A stretch of DNA of 64,000 nucleotides, taken from Candidatus Bathyarchaeota archaeon. GTDB lineage: Archaea; Thermoproteota; Bathyarchaeia; 40CM-2-53-6. The translations under genes and the position numbers were made by a program. Location of the stretch: assembly GCA_963733055.1 (NCBI GenBank), contig CAVTBR010000001.1:992001-1056000 (forward strand), written 5' to 3'. Positions 21,679-31,631 of this stretch are shown piece after piece; position 1 is the stretch's first letter; the number at the start of each line of letters is the position of its first letter. A model generated the notes under the pieces. That model was not told the DNA's origin, ran no database searches, and saw nothing but the letters and a program-made list of their open reading frames with translations.

Positions 21679-22230
21679 TTGGACTTGGGCGCGATATCCA
21701 ACGACGTTTCCCTAATCAGCTCGATCGCGATTATTCTCGGATCGCTTTTCGTTGTCGTTCAGATTAGGCAGACTAATCGCATGATTCGCGTGGCCGGCCA
21801 GCAGGCGGAAGCCGCTGCGGTTCAAGCTAGGTTGACGACGGAGCAGTTGAAGCAGGATCAAGAACTAGCGAAAATGGACTTGATAATGCGCCTCTACGAA
21901 TTTGCGAACACCGCGGAAGTTCAAGCGGCCTGGCTAACCGTACTCAACGCCAATATCTCCACTTACCAAGACTTCGAGAAACTTGCGAAACCTGACCAGG
22001 TCGCCTTCTTTCAGATTGGAGCACTGTTCGAGTCGCTTGGCGTCTTGGTTCAGAGGGGTATCGTTAAGGTGAACACGATCGCGGATATGTTTCTGCCCCG
22101 CCTTGCATGGGACTCTATGAAACCATTTGTCTCGGGGGCTCGGGAGAAATACGGCGAAGAAGAGAATTACGCCTCATTCCAAAGCCTATACGACAAGGTC
22201 GTCCAATTTGAAAAAGGAGAGACGGGATAG
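21679..22230 (+). CDS. Hypothetical membrane-anchored protein (DUF4760-like)
   Basis: N-terminal TM, then FESLGVLVQRGIV...WDSMKPFV..AR..YG motif. Confidence 0.7.
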   Translation: MDLGAISNDVSLISSIAIILGSLFVVVQIRQTNRMIRVAGQQAEAAAVQARLTTEQLKQDQELAKMDLIMRLYEFANTAEVQAAWLTVLNANISTYQDFEKLAKPDQVAFFQIGALFESLGVLVQRGIVKVNTIADMFLPRLAWDSMKPFVSGAREKYGEEENYASFQSLYDKVVQFEKGETG

Positions 22231-22241
22231 CTCGAACGTTC

Positions 22242-22433
22242 TCATGCTCTTTGCGGCGTACTTTCAGGGATAGGTTCGGTACCCTTACATTCTTGAATAT
22301 GGGCTGCCGCAGAGCCTTCGTCTTCGAACGTAGCCCCGCACTTTTCGCATTTGAACGTCTGAGGGCCTGGTGACGGAGGCGCAGCAGGAGGCTGAGCGAT
22401 CTCCGTCGCAGGTTCAGATACTGGCAGCGTCAT
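22242..22433 (-). CDS. Small zinc-finger protein (C2HC type)
   Basis: FKCEKCGATF........HIQEC. Confidence 0.75.
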   Translation of the reverse strand: MTLPVSEPATEIAQPPAAPPSPGPQTFKCEKCGATFEDEGSAAAHIQECKGTEPIPESTPQRA

Positions 22434-22470
22434 CGATTCCTCACGACTGAGATCTCTCTCAAGCGGTTCA

Positions 22471-22496
22471 CTTATTCATACTTCCACAAAGTGGAA
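22471..22496 (-). promoter_or_regulatory. TTCYAC-box promoter: TTCCAC-ttt-GTGGAA-N6-ATAAG
   Basis: Perfect 6-3-6 palindrome between two divergent microprotein genes. Confidence 0.7.
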
Positions 22497-22539
22497 TAAC
22501 GCTCAAAGCCTCACACCACTTTTCGCTATCCGATGGCCC

Positions 22540-22695
22540 ATGAATCTAACTAGTCCGGCCCAAGCGTTTCAAATGTATGTGTGCAGAAATTGTACTCAAG
22601 ATGCATACTACGTTTGCCAGTATTGTGGCCAGTGCCCGCGTTGCTGCAAATGCAGTCGCGACACAAACCCAGAGTACACGCATGCCGGCGACTAA
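22540..22695 (+). CDS. Cys-rich microprotein (51 aa)
   Basis: Manual translation MNLTSPAQAFQMYVCRNCTQDAYYVCQYCGQCPRCCKCSRDTNPEYTHAGD; below the ORF-track cut-off. Confidence 0.65.
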   Translation: MNLTSPAQAFQMYVCRNCTQDAYYVCQYCGQCPRCCKCSRDTNPEYTHAGD

Positions 22696-22813
22696 CGCCA
22701 ACCAGCAACTTTCCTAACGAACAACCGCCCCTTCGATGTTCGTCTCTAACTTACCCGGCTCGGAATGCTTGAGTAGAAGACCACTTCATATGGTCGCTGC
22801 TTGGGCGACCCAC

Positions 22814-24446
22814 TTGAACGGAGCGGAACAACTTGTCCAGTGTTTGGAGAATGAGGATACAAGATTTGTTTTCGGCTTGCCCGGAGAAGAGACGATAGAA
22901 ATCAATGAAGCCCTCAGCTCATCTAAGATCCAATTCGTTACTGTTCGGCATGAGCAGGCAGCAGCTTTCATGGCCAGCGTTTACGGGCGCCTCACCGGCC
23001 ATCCAGGCGTATGCTTGGCAACTCTAGGTCCGGGTGCGACAAACCTGGTAACCGGCATCGCGAACGCAAACGTTGACCGCGCACCCATAGTAGCCTTGAC
23101 CGGCCAAGTGGACCAGAGGAAATTCCACAAGGAGTTTCATCAATTCGTAGACATCGTTCACATGTTCGAACCCATCACGAAGTGGACCGCTAGAATTACT
23201 CGCGCCTCCATAATACCTGAAGCGGTTCGCAAATCATTCAAGCTCGCCGAGTCAGAAAAGCCGGGGGCTTGCCATCTTGAGTTTCCACAAGATGTAGTAA
23301 ATGAGGAAGCGATAGGTCATCCTCTACGCCGAACGGAACTCTCGTATCCAGAAGCGGCTCCAGAAGCTCTAAGGAAAGCCGCACAGCTGATTGACGAGGC
23401 CCGCTACCCAATCGTTCTCGCCGGTAATGGAGTTCTTCGGGGAAGAGCAAACGGTGCATTGGAAACGTTCGCTACGAAGCTAGGGGTCCCGGTCGCAGAG
23501 ACGTTTATGGCGAAAGGGGCAATCCCGATGGACAGCGATCTTTCGCTCCTCACGATAGGGTTGCAAGCACGAGACTACGTGGCTTGCGGCTTTGATCGCG
23601 CCGATGTTGTCATTGCGGTTGGATACGATTTCATTGAATACGCTCCTGTAAACTGGAACCCGAACGGTGACAAGCACATAGTCCACGTAGACTTCTCAGC
23701 TTCAGAAACTGACGAATCCTATATTCCGAGCGTCGAAGTTGTCGGGAGCATACGCAGCAGCCTCACCACCCTTGCGGAACTCGCAAAACCAAAACCCAGA
23801 CCCTCAATAAGCGCACTTCGAGAACTCATAATTTCCGAAACCAACCGCGAAGTCCAAGGATCCCTCATTTCCCATTAAACCACAGAGATTGGTCCATGCA
23901 CTGCGTCAGGTTATGGGGGATGACGATGTCATGGTGTGCGATGTCGGGGCTCACAAGCTATGGATCGCTCGCATGTTCCCAACTAACACCCCTAACACCG
24001 TAATCATCTCGAACGGGTTGTCCTCGATGGGCTTCGCCCTACCCGGCGCCCTCGCCGCCAAGCTCGTCCACCCTTCACGGAACATTTTCGCGGTGTGCGG
24101 TGACGGGGGCTTCTTGATGAGCTGTCAAGAGTTGGAGACGGCAAAGCGCCTCGGCCTAAGCATCGTGGTCGTAATTTTCAGGGACAACAGCTATGGTGCC
24201 ATCAAATGGAAACAAATGGAACGCTACGGCAAAGCGTCAGGGGTTGATTTCGGCAACCCCGACTTCGTCGCCTTCGCAAAATCCTTCGGCGCAAATGGCT
24301 TCCGCGTTGACACAGCCCAAGACCTCGTCCCAATTCTCGAAAACGCAAAGAAATCCGACGGACCATCCGTCGTCGACGTGCCGGTCGACTACGAAGAGAA
24401 CCTAATACTGACCAAACACCTGGGCGAATTGATATGCCCGAGATAG
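22814..24446 (+). CDS. ilvB: Acetolactate synthase large subunit-like TPP enzyme (apparent +1 frameshift near 23850)
   Basis: FGLPGEE, VRHEQAAAFMA, GPGATN; GDGGF...DNSYG lies in the next frame. Confidence 0.88.
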
Positions 24447-24465
24447 CCAGCAATCGGGGCCGTGA

Positions 24466-25272
24466 ATGACTTTGAGAGCCGGGCTTAGCGAGATTATTGG
24501 TGGCATTTCAACAGTCGTCGCGCCCCTAGCAGCGTACTCGACCTACGTGAATTCGATTCCGATTCTTGACGCCCGCACAGCACAGCAACTTGAGACTCTT
24601 GCCTACTCGATGATTCTACTCACGTTGATAGGGATCTCGTTAGGAGTATTCGGACTCCGGCGATTCTTGGGATCTTTCGAAAGAGACAATCCTAGTGATC
24701 ATAGAATGCTGGCAGTGATAGCACGAATGGTCGAACAGGAAAGATATCGGCGAATTATGTTTGCGGTTACATTGATTTATGGTGCGGTCTTCGCAATTCT
24801 CTCGGGAATGATCGTTTATAGTCCGCTTGAGAATTTCGCGGGCGAGTATCTCATACGAGTCCCGTCCGCGATTGTGGCGGTTTGTTGTGGGGACGCGGGT
24901 TTTATTCCCGTGTTGACCGTCTTCGTCACCAACCACTTAGGGCTGCTCCTAATCCCAGCCGACATTCTAATCCTCGTCGTCGTTTCCGGCCTGGTGGGTT
25001 TGAACGCTACCCTGATCGTCTGTCAGTACAACAATAGGCCGCGATCGCCCTCAAGACGATGGTTACTCGGTATGGGTGCGGCTTGCGGATTGTTTTCCGC
25101 ATGCCCAACATGCGCCGGTTTGTTCCTATCCACTCTCATCCTAGGCTTTGGCCCGTCGGTGCTGGTACTGCTTTCCGGTTTGCAGTTCCTCTTCGTATTG
25201 GGAACGGTATTCGCGCTTGTCTTGGGCGTCGGCCTTAGCGCAAGAGTAATCGCCGCTCAGGCACCGCCTTAA
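24466..25272 (+). CDS. Multi-TM membrane protein with CCG and CPTC motifs
   Basis: About 6 TMs; VAVCCGD and GAACGLFSACPTCAG. Confidence 0.8.
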   Translation: MTLRAGLSEIIGGISTVVAPLAAYSTYVNSIPILDARTAQQLETLAYSMILLTLIGISLGVFGLRRFLGSFERDNPSDHRMLAVIARMVEQERYRRIMFAVTLIYGAVFAILSGMIVYSPLENFAGEYLIRVPSAIVAVCCGDAGFIPVLTVFVTNHLGLLLIPADILILVVVSGLVGLNATLIVCQYNNRPRSPSRRWLLGMGAACGLFSACPTCAGLFLSTLILGFGPSVLVLLSGLQFLFVLGTVFALVLGVGLSARVIAAQAPP

Positions 25273-25291
25273 ATCAGCGTTCCCGTAATTT

Positions 25292-25317
25292 TTCCACGCA
25301 AACCTATAATAATTAAG
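25292..25317 (+). promoter_or_regulatory. TTCYAC-box promoter: TTCCAC-N15-TTAAG
   Basis: Same box-to-TATA spacing as the sites at 18.97, 22.48, 40.72 and 45.50 kb. Confidence 0.55.
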
Positions 25318-25342
25318 AGGACCCAAAACTAGGGTGATCCCT

Positions 25343-25468
25343 ATGCCATCGAAGACCAATGGAAGCTCAAGACTTTACGTTCTCATTGCTGCGGCTATCG
25401 GTGTCTTCATACTCGCAGAATGGGCTAGCGTATTCATTTTTGGGCACGTACCACCAGGTTACCCGTAA
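25343..25468 (+). CDS. Single-TM microprotein (41 aa)
   Basis: MPSKTNGSSRLYVLIAAAIGVFILAEWASVFIFGHVPPGYP; GGTGA RBS and TATA upstream. Confidence 0.65.
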   Translation: MPSKTNGSSRLYVLIAAAIGVFILAEWASVFIFGHVPPGYP

Positions 25469-25511
25469 GAGCGACCAAAGCAAGATTTTCCGAATTATCT
25501 GCGGCGGTCGT

Positions 25512-26945
25512 CTACTCGTTAATTTGGATACGAACGTATATGCCTCGATTAATGAATCCGTCCGTCACGGTTACGAGTAGTATGTAACTTCCTGGCACCG
25601 GCGTTGACTCGGTTTTAATCGCGAGGATAAGACTGGTCTGATTGTTTAGCAGTTTGACTTCAGCGACGTTCGCGTTCATCGTAATCCTGTTGGGAAGCGA
25701 TGTGAAGTTCTCAGTGTCAGCGAACTTAAGTGACAGCGGGCGGCTGGAAAAGCCGCTGACTGTGAAATTTAAAGTAACATTATCCCCCGGCCTCAGCTCT
25801 ATCGGCTGGTTTTCTCCACTCCCACTTATCGAAAAGTTTGGTCTATACGTAGCGTCAACATATCCTACGTAGTTTGCTGTTAACTCTGTGAACCATACCT
25901 TATCCTTCCCTAAAGCGAAGGTTAGCGCGTTATCGATTTGAAGGGTCTTATTGGCGGGGGGGTTAGAGAGGCTATATTCGGTTAATAGTCCTCGGTCTGT
26001 GTCGATGACGGCCATGCGGTTCGCGTAGTGCTCGTTGAACCAGACTAGGGAGCCGTTCGCAGCCACAAAATACGGCAAGGTTGAGTCGATGTACGGGACG
26101 GGAGTAGTGGGGAACTGGGACCAAACGTGTGTTGCGAAGTTGTAGTATGCAAGGTTCGAGGACGCGTGCTGAGCCACCCACAAGCCATTAGCAACTAACG
26201 CCAGGCTTGATGCAGCTAGCGGTCTGAAGTTTCCACCAAATGGTTGAGGGGCGAATTGTGTCGTGCTAAAAGATAGGACTTGACCGAGACCATTTGTTGC
26301 ATTGCCGGCGTCAACATAGTATCCGAAGGTGCTGTTTTCGAATTCAATCTGAGTAGGTGTACCACCCAAATTCGACGGTATCGGATACTCCGCGAGTGCG
26401 CATTTCGCATCGATTCGGCCAAGTTTTGAACCGTACAGTTCCGTAAACCACATCGCGTCATCCATTCCGACAGTTATAGTGTAAGGGAAGGCGCTAGGGT
26501 TGCTGAGCTTAACCGCGAAAACGGATGCCGTGGTTGGGTCCAGGCTTATGATTTGCGCGCCTAGAGCATCGCTAGCCCATATTCTTCCGTTCCACTGGGC
26601 TACGCCCCAGATGCTGGTGGTGGATGGAGAATAGTTGATGGGCCAAGCGTACTCTACCATCGTTCCGTTCTCGAACAAGTGACCAATCCCGGGGACATCC
26701 TGTTCTCCAAACCATACTGAGCCATCTGAGGCCATCGCTATGCCGTTCGGAAATTCGTCGTCTGGAAGCTTAAACTTCGTAACGCCGTTGAAGTGCACAC
26801 TTGGTAACTTGAATTGCGAAACACTTGCAGGGCCCAATTTTACGCCACAAGACGGTGCGACAGTAAACACGAAGGCTACGTAGAGAAGGGAAGCACTCAG
26901 TAACGCTACGAGTCCAATTGCATAGACCGTTCTTTTCCCAAGCAC
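25512..26945 (-). CDS. Membrane-anchored Vgb-lyase-like beta-propeller with C-terminal Ig-like domain
   Basis: Repeated blade motifs such as PNGIAMASDGSVWFGE, PYTITVG.D..WFTE and WFNE. Confidence 0.85.
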   Translation of the reverse strand: MLGKRTVYAIGLVALLSASLLYVAFVFTVAPSCGVKLGPASVSQFKLPSVHFNGVTKFKLPDDEFPNGIAMASDGSVWFGEQDVPGIGHLFENGTMVEYAWPINYSPSTTSIWGVAQWNGRIWASDALGAQIISLDPTTASVFAVKLSNPSAFPYTITVGMDDAMWFTELYGSKLGRIDAKCALAEYPIPSNLGGTPTQIEFENSTFGYYVDAGNATNGLGQVLSFSTTQFAPQPFGGNFRPLAASSLALVANGLWVAQHASSNLAYYNFATHVWSQFPTTPVPYIDSTLPYFVAANGSLVWFNEHYANRMAVIDTDRGLLTEYSLSNPPANKTLQIDNALTFALGKDKVWFTELTANYVGYVDATYRPNFSISGSGENQPIELRPGDNVTLNFTVSGFSSRPLSLKFADTENFTSLPNRITMNANVAEVKLLNNQTSLILAIKTESTPVPGSYILLVTVTDGFINRGIYVRIQINE

Positions 26946-27006
26946 TTTTCTCGCCCGTCATGCTCCAATAAGGAAATAATATGGATCTGCTCAGAGCTAA
27001 CTGAGG

Positions 27007-27471
27007 TTGGCCCTACTGAATAAACTAGTTGCGGTCGCTATTTTGGCCGCGATTCTTGTAGGGTCCGTTGTAAGTTATTATTGGCCCTCACTGAACACAC
27101 CAGCAAACCAGCCTCTCACCACGCAAAAAACAGCGTGCGTAAAGCCGCCGGGTTACTTTTTGATAGTCGCCGACCTATCAGGGTTCAATGACAGCGTCGA
27201 TCATATTGAAAAGTCGCCGAACGAACCCTGGCCTGTCATACGGGTTAGTAGAGGGGATCGGGTCAACATCCTTGTCTGTGACTTGGATGATTACTCTCCG
27301 CACGGGTTCTCGATTCAACATTATTTCGATGTGGGTGTCGCCCTAATGCCACATGACTCATATCGTATCTCTTTCATAGCGGATGAGGATGGCACATTCA
27401 TCATGTATTGCAATATATTCTGCCCCGTACACCCTTACATGCAACAGGGCGAACTGATCGTAACAGGTTAG
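27007..27471 (+). CDS. Membrane-anchored cupredoxin with a CuA-like ligand loop
   Basis: PHGFSI...YCNIFCPVHPYM. Confidence 0.85.
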   Translation: MALLNKLVAVAILAAILVGSVVSYYWPSLNTPANQPLTTQKTACVKPPGYFLIVADLSGFNDSVDHIEKSPNEPWPVIRVSRGDRVNILVCDLDDYSPHGFSIQHYFDVGVALMPHDSYRISFIADEDGTFIMYCNIFCPVHPYMQQGELIVTG

Positions 27472-27515
27472 CGAGATTCGCGGTCGTTGCGTTCCTTAAG
27501 CCGCTAACTAGAGGA

Positions 27516-28001
27516 CTAAGATGACGGGGGAGGGGAAGCAACCACTGTTATTGTACCGTGCATGTATGCGGGATGGAACTGGCAATGGTAAGGGTAGACT
27601 CCCGGAGTGGTGAAGACGATTGGGGAGGATGAAGACAAGCCGGATATGTCGCCCGTGTCGAAGCTGAATGAGTCTCCTGGGTTTGAGGTTATTGTATGGT
27701 CGGCCGTGTCCGCATTCTTCATCACGAGCGTATTATTGACACCGATTACGAGCACAATGTTCGCGGGGGCGAAGTTGATCTCAGCGATTCCAGCACCTGA
27801 TGGTGCGATTATGAAAACCTGTGCGCCCGGTATTCCCTGAGGTCCAGGGCCACCGCCCGGTCCACCGGTCGGTCCAACGTTCGGTTGCGGTGCAACGTAT
27901 CTTGGTTGAAGACCGGGGACGAGGAGGACTGTTGCGATCGAAATTGCTATGAGGAGGCCGGCAACCGACAAGACTGCTAAAGCGGGCCTATTTGCTTTCA
28001 T
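27516..28001 (-). CDS. Membrane-anchored plastocyanin-type blue copper protein
   Basis: DHTIT...YPYHCQFHPAYMHG. Confidence 0.88.
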   Translation of the reverse strand: MKANRPALAVLSVAGLLIAISIATVLLVPGLQPRYVAPQPNVGPTGGPGGGPGPQGIPGAQVFIIAPSGAGIAEINFAPANIVLVIGVNNTLVMKNADTADHTITSNPGDSFSFDTGDISGLSSSSPIVFTTPGVYPYHCQFHPAYMHGTITVVASPPPSS

Positions 28002-28029
28002 TTCTTCATGTTCACTCAAAGATATCCCT

Positions 28030-28293
28030 TCAATGAGCAAGCGACGCTGTCCAGATTAAAATCAGATCGCCAACGAAGAAGAGCGTCGTTAGCAGAAAGA
28101 AGCTCTCCCACCTCGGCTGATACTTCAGTTCCATGTAGAACATTACCACAGCGGCGGCGACGGTGATCGCTATCCCTCCAATCACTGTATCGCGTAACGC
28201 CCAGCTGTTGGGAAGCATGTAAGAGACGATTACTTCAAGGACGGTCGCGAGAAGTATGTAGACCCAAACTATGATCATGCTCACTATGCGCAT
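28030..28293 (-). CDS. coxD: Heme-copper oxidase subunit IV
   Basis: Three TMs, FYMELKY motif, position in the operon. Confidence 0.8.
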   Translation of the reverse strand: MRIVSMIIVWVYILLATVLEVIVSYMLPNSWALRDTVIGGIAITVAAAVVMFYMELKYQPRWESFFLLTTLFFVGDLILIWTASLAH

Positions 28294-28306
28294 ATCGATC
28301 TCCTCC

Positions 28307-30712
28307 CTACATTAGATAGAGCAAGGGGAACAGGAATATCCAGACGATGTCAACGAAAGCCCAGTATAATGCGAAGTAAGTGACCGCGTCGTGGTTCGTT
28401 TTGGAAAATCCACCTTTCAGTCCTTTAGTGATCAGAAAGCCCATGAACGCTAAACCGACCAGGATATGCACCGCGTGTATGCCGGTCATAAAGTAGTAAG
28501 TGCTACCGGGCAGTCCGCTTGCGATAGTGAATGGTGGGTTTCGAGTTAGGAGCTGGAACCATTCAATTATCTTGATTGAAAGGAAGGCTCCGGCGAGAGC
28601 GAAGGTAGCGCCCATCCAGCCCACGAACCCGTTTCTGTTGCCGTTTCTAATTGAGTATAGCGCTAGGAATGCTGTCATGCCGCTTGAGAATAGCAGGAGC
28701 GTGTTGAATGTAGCTAGTTCTATGTTGTGAATTGCCGCGGGCGGAGGCCACATCGGGACGTTCTCTCTAATGAATAAGTAGCTGCCGATAATGGCGGTGA
28801 AGAGCATCATCTCACCCGCCAGCGTAAGCCAGACTCCGACTTTCACGTGGGATAAATGATTGAAAGGCCATTTTTCTCCCGGTGGTTCTTCGGGGACTTT
28901 GAAGAGTCCGTACAGGTCGTCCTTGAACCAGGATACTACTCCCCATACGCCCACGACGATTCCGACCAGCAATAATGGTAGCGAGGTGACGAGGCCGATG
29001 AAAGCCATACCCAAGCCGGCCGAAATTACTAGGGGGCTTGAGTTCAGGGGCGTGGCGACGTGCGCTGACGTCCCTCCATCAAGGGCGTGGGATTCAGTTG
29101 AGTAGACCGCGGGATAATTCTTCACATATGATTCGACGTCTCCCGTCCATTCCGGTGAGGCGACGCCCCATGGGTTTCTTCCACATGGTTTTCCGAACGT
29201 GGCCATCTCTATCATAAGGTAGAGAAGGAGAATCTGAGCGAGCCCGAATCCCCATGCGCCGATGGTTTCTATGTAATTGAGTGACCCCCATCCGGTGGCT
29301 GGTGCGTATGTGTAGACTCTTCTTGGCATGTCGAGTAGGAATGTCATCGGGAAGAAGAGCAGGTTGAAAAATACGAATGAAAGAATGAAGTGAAGCTTTC
29401 CAATTGCTTCGTTGTACATCCTGCCAGTCCACCTTGGCATCCAGTAGTAAATGGCGCCGAATAATGCGAACTCTGCGGTACCGACCATTATGTAGTGGAA
29501 GTGGGAAACTACTTGGTATGTGCCCCTAAATGATACATCAAGGAAGAGGGATGAGTCAAAAACACCCGTTATCCCACCAATCACGAACGTCGCTATTGAT
29601 CCTAAGGCCATGAGCATAGGAGTCTTAAACTTCACAGCGCCCCCGATCATAGTTGCGGCAAAACAGAGCACGATCATTCCAGACGGAAGCGTGTTGATCT
29701 CCGTGTTCAACGTGAAGATTTCTCGTTGAAACGCGTTAATGCCGGTAAGGAACATGTGGTGACCGTAGATCGCGAAGCTGAATGGGATCATGCCAAAGGC
29801 GAGGGATAGAAGGATCGCCTTCTTCGCGTAGAGGGGGCGGCCCGAGAATACGGATAGTATCTCTGCAGCGGCGCCCAATCCTGGGAGAATCACTACGTAC
29901 ACTTCAGGATGGCCGAAGAACCACCACATGTGATCCCATAAGACAGAGCTTCCTCCAGAACTCACGAAAAACAACGAACCCAGAGACCGGTCCACGATCA
30001 ACGCCAACGTGCCGGAGAATATTGATGGAACAGAAAAGAGGAGCATTAATTGTGTTACAAGAGTGAACGTCGTGAAGGTTGGCATCTTCATCCAAGTCAT
30101 CCCAGGAGCCCTCATTGAGACGATGGTTGCAATGAGATTCACGCTGCCCATCGTCAGGGAGCCCCAGAGCATGAGTAGCCCAAGCGCGATTAACGTCTCG
30201 CCGCCTCCGGGAAGGAATAGTTTGGAGTTGAGTGGCGCGTAATTGGTCCACCCCGCGGAGGCGGCTCCGCCGGGAACAAAGAATCCTGCTATGGCCACTA
30301 TTCCGCCGAATGCGTACATCCAGTAGCTAAATGCGTTGAAGCGAGGGAACACGACATCCTTGGCTCCTATCTGCAACGGAACGAAATAGTTTGCGAACGC
30401 CGCCCCGAGCGGTGATAGGAACCAAAGCACCATAATGAGGCCGTGCATCGACACAGCCTGATTATATGCGGCGGAGGTTAAGAGAGCATTTTGGGGAAAA
30501 GCGAGCTGCGTTCTCATGAGAAGGGCTAGAATGCCGCCTATGAAGAGGAAGTAGAACGCAGTAACAAAATACAGAATTCCAACCTGTTTATGGTCAGTGG
30601 TGAGAAGCCAAGACTTCAACCAAGAGGCAGCTGGCTTACGGCGAACGCCAACAGCCTTCTCAATTCTGCTTAGCCGCTGCTCGATCGCATCCAGCCTATG
30701 TTCAACAGACAT
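28307..30712 (-). CDS. coxAC: Heme-copper oxidase subunit I fused to subunit III (A-type)
   Basis: TDHKQVG, MHG, GHPEVY, HHMF, HFHY, MPRR; C-terminal subunit III motifs GEMMLF, TGIHAVH, YWAFVD. Confidence 0.95.
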   Translation of the reverse strand: MSVEHRLDAIEQRLSRIEKAVGVRRKPAASWLKSWLLTTDHKQVGILYFVTAFYFLFIGGILALLMRTQLAFPQNALLTSAAYNQAVSMHGLIMVLWFLSPLGAAFANYFVPLQIGAKDVVFPRFNAFSYWMYAFGGIVAIAGFFVPGGAASAGWTNYAPLNSKLFLPGGGETLIALGLLMLWGSLTMGSVNLIATIVSMRAPGMTWMKMPTFTTFTLVTQLMLLFSVPSIFSGTLALIVDRSLGSLFFVSSGGSSVLWDHMWWFFGHPEVYVVILPGLGAAAEILSVFSGRPLYAKKAILLSLAFGMIPFSFAIYGHHMFLTGINAFQREIFTLNTEINTLPSGMIVLCFAATMIGGAVKFKTPMLMALGSIATFVIGGITGVFDSSLFLDVSFRGTYQVVSHFHYIMVGTAEFALFGAIYYWMPRWTGRMYNEAIGKLHFILSFVFFNLLFFPMTFLLDMPRRVYTYAPATGWGSLNYIETIGAWGFGLAQILLLYLMIEMATFGKPCGRNPWGVASPEWTGDVESYVKNYPAVYSTESHALDGGTSAHVATPLNSSPLVISAGLGMAFIGLVTSLPLLLVGIVVGVWGVVSWFKDDLYGLFKVPEEPPGEKWPFNHLSHVKVGVWLTLAGEMMLFTAIIGSYLFIRENVPMWPPPAAIHNIELATFNTLLLFSSGMTAFLALYSIRNGNRNGFVGWMGATFALAGAFLSIKIIEWFQLLTRNPPFTIASGLPGSTYYFMTGIHAVHILVGLAFMGFLITKGLKGGFSKTNHDAVTYFALYWAFVDIVWIFLFPLLYLM

Positions 30713-31393
30713 TAGGTTCCAGCTCCTGAGCTCGTTGTTGCTCCGGTTGAGGCGTACCACGAATTGAACGTGGCGGGATCTTCCACAATCATCTTACCAA
30801 TCATCGTCGCGTGCCCCGCCCCACAGAGCTCGAAGCATTGCACCGTAAAATTACCCGGGGTGGTTGTCTGAATCCACACAGGGTTCACTCTCCCAGGAAT
30901 TGCATCAGTCTTGACGCGGAAATACGGGATTCCGAATTGATGGTATACGTCTCGTGAAGTAACATTGAAGATGACGATTGAATTCGCGGGGACGTAGGCT
31001 ACATCTTCGGATACGAAACCGTTGGCGTAAATGAAAGTCCACGCGAACTGGTGCGCAACGACGTTAATGTGGATCGTGGTTGGCGAGCTTGGCGCTGTAG
31101 AAAAGGCACTGTAAGTTGCAAAACTCTGAGTTCCGACGGCGATGAGGACTATGGCCATGAGAATGTAGACCATGGCCGGCCCCTTCCACTTGGCATCGCG
31201 ATTCTCCTTGGCCTTTGGATCAGTCGGCATACGTGTTGATCCCGAACGTGCCCGGTACCTAACACAAAAGTAGATTATGATTGCAAAGGAGACAACCCGC
31301 GGAAGCAATCCCAAGATAGGAATAAAGGTTGTAAACGTACTCAAAACCCATGCGAGTTGGAGGAGTTTGGAGAATGATTGAGCTGAAAACCAC
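30712..31393 (-). CDS. coxB: Heme-copper oxidase subunit II with CuA site (apparent +1 frameshift near 31297)
   Basis: QFAWTF, DVYHQF, CFELCGAGHATM; the first TM is split across two frames. Confidence 0.9.
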
Positions 31394-31631
31394 TTCAGGC
31401 TTTCCCCACAAGTCAATATTGAGTGCGATCTTAAACAACTTAAAGATATCCAAAACTTGTAACCAGGTTGTTCACAGCGCAGGCCACTTCGTCTGTTGCA
31501 AACGCGAATCGGAAGTTTTAAAAACAAAACAAATTGTTTTACGGTGCCTCACTCGATATTTTTGTGGCAGTTCGACTTCCTTTTTGGTAGAGCTTAAGTA
31601 TCGATTCATTCGTTTCTAAGGTGGAATCATC

